A stretch of DNA of 64,000 nucleotides. It comes from Candidatus Aceula lacicola (lineage in GTDB: Bacteria; Omnitrophota; Gorgyraeia; Zapsychrales; Aceulaceae). Below are positions 60,042 through 64,000 of this stretch, piece by piece. The notes below the pieces were generated by a model. That model was not told where the DNA came from. It saw only the letters and a list, made by a program, of their open reading frames with translations, and did not search any database. Made by a program: the position numbers and the translations under genes. Position 1 is the first letter of the stretch. Every line of letters begins with the position of its first letter. The stretch lies in contig JAVCCC010000048.1 in assembly GCA_030765785.1 (NCBI GenBank), forward strand, positions 872 to 64,871, written 5' to 3'.

Positions 60042-61639
60042 CAAGCAACAAGGGGCATTTGAAGCGTATGAGAATTATTCAGTATTTTGTTTTGTTTGTT
60101 TTAGCCTTTGCGGTATGTTCAACAAAGACTTTTGCTGTTGGTCCTATTGATCAACCTAAGACGATTGTCTTTGAGGAAAAGCAGGAACCCTTCGAGGAGC
60201 GCATTAATCGAAAAATCACTTTGGATGTTCGCGATATGAACATCCTTGATGTTATTAAGTTTTTGGCCATCAAGGGTGATTTTAATGTTGTCACAAGCAA
60301 AAGCGTAGAAGGGCGCGTTACTCTGTATTTGAAAAGCGTATCGATTAAGGACGCGCTTGATATTATTTTGATATCAAATGCGCTTGCTTATCAAATTCAA
60401 AAAGATATTGTTCATGTCATGTCCGAGTCAGAATATGTTGCAACATATGGACGAAAGTTCAACGACCAAAGTATTGTCAAAACAATTCATTTGAATTATT
60501 CAAAACCAGAATATATTTTATCAACACTTGATAGCATTAAAAGCAGTTTGGGAAAAATTGTTATCGATGAGGACACAGGCACGGTTGTCATGATTGATAC
60601 GCCTGAGGCCATTGCAAAGATGGAAAAGGCTTTAAAAGAAATTGAAAAGCCAATGGAAGCATATACTTATACTTTGCAATATGCTAAGGCTGACGTGCTG
60701 GTTGAGAAATTTAAAGGTCATCTTGAGAACAATGCCGTTGGGTCTATTGTGGCCGATGAGAGATCAAATCAAATTGTTGTGCGAGCCTTACCAGGTCGAC
60801 GAGAAGAAATCATGAAAGTCATAAAAGATCTTGATACAAAAACCAAAGAGGTTTTGATTGAGGCGCAAATTGTTCAGATTACGTTTCGTCCGCAATACGA
60901 CATGGGGATTGATTGGAATTTGGATTTTCTTAATAGTTCTGATAAAGAGATCAGAAAGCTTAGCTTTGAAAATGTTTATCTTGATGCGGATAATTTAACA
61001 ACATCAGATCCTTTATTTTCTCAGTTTGGGAAAATTGCGTTTGGTAATATTAGTCAGGATCATTTTCATGCAAACATTCGCGCTCTCAGGCAGGTCAGCG
61101 ATACAAAGATTTTATCTAATCCACGAATACTTGTTACAAACGGGCAAGAGGCCAAGATTCATATTGGCGACACCATTCCCTATATTATTTCAACAATATC
61201 TGGAACCGGAGATAGTGCGATCACCAGCGAAGATGTTCGTTTTGTCGATGTAGGATTAAAGCTTGTTGTCTCTGCCAATATTAATGACAAAGGATTTGTC
61301 ACGATGAATTTAGCGCCAGAAATTTCGACGGTAACAAGTTATGTCGACTCGCAAGGCGGCGGTATTCCACAGGTTAACAAAACAGAAGTTGAGACATCTG
61401 TTATTGTTAAGGATGGCACAACGATTGTCATGGGTGGACTTAAAAAGGATGATAAAAAGCACATCAAAAAAGGTTTTCCGTTCTTGATGGATATTCCTTT
61501 TTTGGGAAATTTTTTTAGCGCAACAAGCGATGATATCACAACAACAGAAATTGTTATTTTTATCACTCCGCACATTGTGTCTGGTGAGGAACATTATTTA
61601 GATGCAAGAGGGACCATCAAGCCGTACAAGTCGTATTAA
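60038..61639 (+). CDS. Secretin (GspD/PilQ family outer-membrane channel).
   Basis: Signal peptide, N-terminal secretin_N-like repeats, conserved C-terminal secretin domain (ILSNPRILVTNGQEAKIHIGDTIPY, VVKDGTTIVMGGL, TEIVIFITPHIV). Confidence 0.8.
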   Translation: MTSNKGHLKRMRIIQYFVLFVLAFAVCSTKTFAVGPIDQPKTIVFEEKQEPFEERINRKITLDVRDMNILDVIKFLAIKGDFNVVTSKSVEGRVTLYLKSVSIKDALDIILISNALAYQIQKDIVHVMSESEYVATYGRKFNDQSIVKTIHLNYSKPEYILSTLDSIKSSLGKIVIDEDTGTVVMIDTPEAIAKMEKALKEIEKPMEAYTYTLQYAKADVLVEKFKGHLENNAVGSIVADERSNQIVVRALPGRREEIMKVIKDLDTKTKEVLIEAQIVQITFRPQYDMGIDWNLDFLNSSDKEIRKLSFENVYLDADNLTTSDPLFSQFGKIAFGNISQDHFHANIRALRQVSDTKILSNPRILVTNGQEAKIHIGDTIPYIISTISGTGDSAITSEDVRFVDVGLKLVVSANINDKGFVTMNLAPEISTVTSYVDSQGGGIPQVNKTEVETSVIVKDGTTIVMGGLKKDDKKHIKKGFPFLMDIPFLGNFFSATSDDITTTEIVIFITPHIVSGEEHYLDARGTIKPYKSY

Positions 61640-62681
61640 AGAGATGATCTTTAGAATTTTTAATTTTGGTTTATTAAATAAAGAGGAGAGAATGAAAAAA
61701 TCTTTTTCAAAAAATTATTTTCTGCATTGTCAGAATTTTATTCTGCCGTTGATTGCGCTTGTATTTTTGTGTTCGCCAGCCTTTGCTCAAAGCGATTCAG
61801 CGATGAGACCCAACAAGGTTATCGAGACAGAGATTGACGCGGATCAAATTATTGATAGCGCAACGCATGAGGACGCGAGGAGCGAAAGGGTGACAGTTTC
61901 ACGAGAAGAAAATCAAATGGCACGGATCAATAAGAGCTTGAGAAATCTTATTGATGAAAATCAAGCCTTAATGAAAAGCGGTGAAGCGCTGCAAGAAGAA
62001 CTTGAGAGATTAAGAGGTGAGAGAACCATCCAGGACAGCCGACTAAATGTGCTAGCCAAGGAAAGAAGCAATCTCCTCAAGCAATCAAGAGAAATTAACA
62101 ATATAAACCAGACGTATGAAAAACAAATTGCAGATTTGACCGCAAGCATTGAGCGAACAAAGGGTTTAACCCCAGAAGAAATTAGAATGCTTACTGAACT
62201 TGAATCAATTGTTGAAAAAGATGCGCCAGCTGCTTTTAGCAATCAGGCAGTAGAAATTGCCGTAGAAAACAAGGATGTGTCGCCGCGCTCTCAGATTTCT
62301 GTTGCAAAAGGGGTCGGGGAAATGGCTGAAGAGTTAGATGATCTGATTGAAGAAAATCAAATTTTACGAAAAGACACCATTAAACTTCACTATAATTTAG
62401 CCAATTTATTTTTTGAACAAGGGAAATATGAAATGGCAGCCGCAGAATACAAGCGCGTTTTGGATTTGATGCCACAGGATGCCGCAACGCACTATAATCT
62501 TGCGTTTGTCAGTGAAGAATATTTAGATGACTACAAAACCGCGTTAAAACATTATCAAGAATATTTGCTGATTGCTTCAAGCGCAGAGGATATCGGCGTT
62601 GTTAAAAATAGAATTTTGGAATTAAAATTAAAAATTCAAAATAAAATTAAATCGATTATTGATAAGGAAAGACCATATTAA
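61602..62681 (+). CDS. Secreted coiled-coil/TPR protein, possible pilotin or secretin accessory.
   Basis: Signal peptide (LIALVFLCSPAFAQS), long coiled-coil middle, C-terminal TPR units (YNLANLFFEQGKYEMAAAEYKRVLDLMP, HYNLAFVSEE...). Confidence 0.45.
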   Translation: MQEGPSSRTSRIKEMIFRIFNFGLLNKEERMKKSFSKNYFLHCQNFILPLIALVFLCSPAFAQSDSAMRPNKVIETEIDADQIIDSATHEDARSERVTVSREENQMARINKSLRNLIDENQALMKSGEALQEELERLRGERTIQDSRLNVLAKERSNLLKQSREINNINQTYEKQIADLTASIERTKGLTPEEIRMLTELESIVEKDAPAAFSNQAVEIAVENKDVSPRSQISVAKGVGEMAEELDDLIEENQILRKDTIKLHYNLANLFFEQGKYEMAAAEYKRVLDLMPQDAATHYNLAFVSEEYLDDYKTALKHYQEYLLIASSAEDIGVVKNRILELKLKIQNKIKSIIDKERPY

Positions 62682-62862
62682 GAAGTTTTTTTTTATGTCT
62701 TTTGCTTTGAATAGGTTAAATGCTTTTTTGAAATGAAAACGTTTTCTTTAGATCGCTTGTAAAGTATTTTATTTTCAGCAGTTTAGGTTGAAATGGTGTA
62801 GGTTATGTTTTATACTTATAACGGAAGAAAAAGGTAAAATTTATTTACTTATATTATTTATT

Positions 62863-64000
62863 ATGATGAAAAAACAACGCAATTATTTATTTCCTATCTC
62901 ACTCGTTTCTTCCAAGCAGGATTTTTTAAAACTAAGGCGCATTTTGTCCTTTGCGCTTTGTCTTGTTTGGGGATCTCTCCTTTTTTGCCCAGTATCTTTT
63001 GCCCAGTATGCTAGTGGTTCTGGTACGACGTCTGCGGTGGCCACCTCTGATGAAATGAGCTATGCGTATATCACTTTTGCTACTGAACCGAGCACAATTC
63101 TTGCTGGAGACTATATGAACTGCACCCTTAATCTTGTCAGTGGTCAAGGTGTTTTAGTTAACACGGGAACATGGTCTGATGACAATGTCATACTTAGCAT
63201 TTACAACAATCCTTCCACTTCTACCTTAGTAGGAACAACCTCTCGGCTTTTTTCAAGTGGTGTGGCGGCTTTTAACGATAGTTATGGATTGACGATAGGT
63301 TCTCTAGGTGAACTTTTTACGCTTAAGGCCACACTTACTAGCTGTCCGACTATTTATGGTATTTCGCGTGCGTTTGATGTTTATCCGGTTGACAGCGTTG
63401 ATGTTGTTTCTGAAGAAGTCGTACTAGATACTGTTACCAAAGATTTTGCTGTGGAAGGTAGTACTCTGGAAGGCGATACTCTGGATATAGGAACGCCGGC
63501 AGAGACAGGGGAGTATGATACGCGCTTTGATAATCTTGATGCTGCCGTTGCGGCTGTTGATTCTGCCGTTGCAGATGTTGATGCTGCCGTTGCAGTTGTT
63601 GGTGCTAATGTTTTAGTTGTTGGTGCTAATGTTTTAGTTGTTGATACTGTCGTTGACAATGTTGCTACTGACCTTAAAACTGTTGATGGTAATGTTGATC
63701 TAATCCTTGCCGAAATCGTCGGAGGAGGAACCCAAGATTTAGGTGAGTATGATGCGCGTTTTGATTCTATTGATGCAGCCCTTGCAGCTATGGGTGTTGT
63801 CGATTGGGCTGATATGGGAGATATGGTTGAGGATTATCGAGCGGGGGGATGGAGTTCCGTCGAGTGGCAGCTGTTGGATCATCAAATGACTCAACAGGGA
63901 ATGGGGGGATGGCATTCGGATGAATGGACCAAGTTAAGATATTTCGTTGACGGTTATGGGAATTCTGGCTGGGCCACTTTGGATTGGAACAATTTAGAGA
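62863..64000 (+). CDS. Large secreted repeat-rich protein, 3'-truncated by the window end. This ORF is open to position 64000 and is not in the supplied complete-ORF track.
   Basis: Manual translation gives a signal-like N-terminus (LRRILSFALCLVWGSLLFCPVSFAQ), Thr/Ser-rich beta-like region, repeated GEYDxRFDxxDAA(V/L)AA modules, VGANVLV tandem and W-rich C-terminal repeats (GGWSSVEW, GGWHSDEW, SGWATLDW). Confidence 0.5.
   Translation, partial: MMKKQRNYLFPISLVSSKQDFLKLRRILSFALCLVWGSLLFCPVSFAQYASGSGTTSAVATSDEMSYAYITFATEPSTILAGDYMNCTLNLVSGQGVLVNTGTWSDDNVILSIYNNPSTSTLVGTTSRLFSSGVAAFNDSYGLTIGSLGELFTLKATLTSCPTIYGISRAFDVYPVDSVDVVSEEVVLDTVTKDFAVEGSTLEGDTLDIGTPAETGEYDTRFDNLDAAVAAVDSAVADVDAAVAVVGANVLVVGANVLVVDTVVDNVATDLKTVDGNVDLILAEIVGGGTQDLGEYDARFDSIDAALAAMGVVDWADMGDMVEDYRAGGWSSVEWQLLDHQMTQQGMGGWHSDEWTKLRYFVDGYGNSGWATLDWNNLE
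63598..63639 (+). repeat. Perfect tandem duplication of a 21-bp unit (gttggtgctaatgttttagtt x2) inside the repeat-protein gene; in-frame VGANVLV x2.
   Basis: Direct reading of 63598-63618 and 63619-63639. Confidence 0.7.

Noticed and set aside
62932-63659. Minus-strand ORFs 62932..63147 and 63381..63659 from the supplied track
   Set aside because: Both are antisense to a long + strand ORF with signal peptide and structured repeats. Their Thr/Ala/Ser-rich translations mirror the sense-strand repeats, so they are shadow ORFs.

Overview
AT-rich, tightly packed bacterial chromosomal window. Almost every gene is on the + strand, and 4-bp ATGA-type start/stop overlaps are common. Left to right the window contains: the 3' part of ftsK; rodZ-like; rimO-like; pgsA and pgpA. 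Next comes a Bax-inhibitor/YccA-family membrane gene preceded by a tandem array of three strong palindromic hairpin modules. A CinA/PncC-like gene follows on the minus strand. A long co-directional block then runs ribBA-ribH-nusB-PHP(TrpH-like)-ribD-ribE, a ketoacyl-synthase-like paralog lacking the Cys/His/His triad, fabG and fabZ. After it come tRNA-Pro(CGG), acyP, a metallophosphoesterase, ligA, a lipoprotein, xerD-like, cca, rbfA, nrnA-like, truB and ribF. The dcw cluster follows: mraZ-rsmH-ftsL-ftsI-murE-murF-mraY-murD-ftsW-murG-[secreted HExxH protein]-murC-ddl-ftsQ-ftsA, with no ftsZ or murB in the window. Immediately after ftsA is an Arn-like sugar-modification and transfer module: a UXS/ArnA-type SDR, a DegT aminotransferase, a PglD-like acetyltransferase, an ArnC-like GT2 and several polytopic GT-C/TPR membrane proteins. 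Further right lie a 700-bp noncoding region with a tRNA-like fragment, tRNA-Arg(UCG), gcvT-gcvH-gcvPA-gcvPB, a lipoate ligase, a secreted EF-hand protein, an S41 peptidase and a GT2-DUF2304-GT2 trio. The window ends with an ExeA-like ATPase, a secretin, a TPR protein and a large repeat-rich secreted protein that runs off the window end. All calls are from reading the sequence and ORF translations by eye; no database searches were run.
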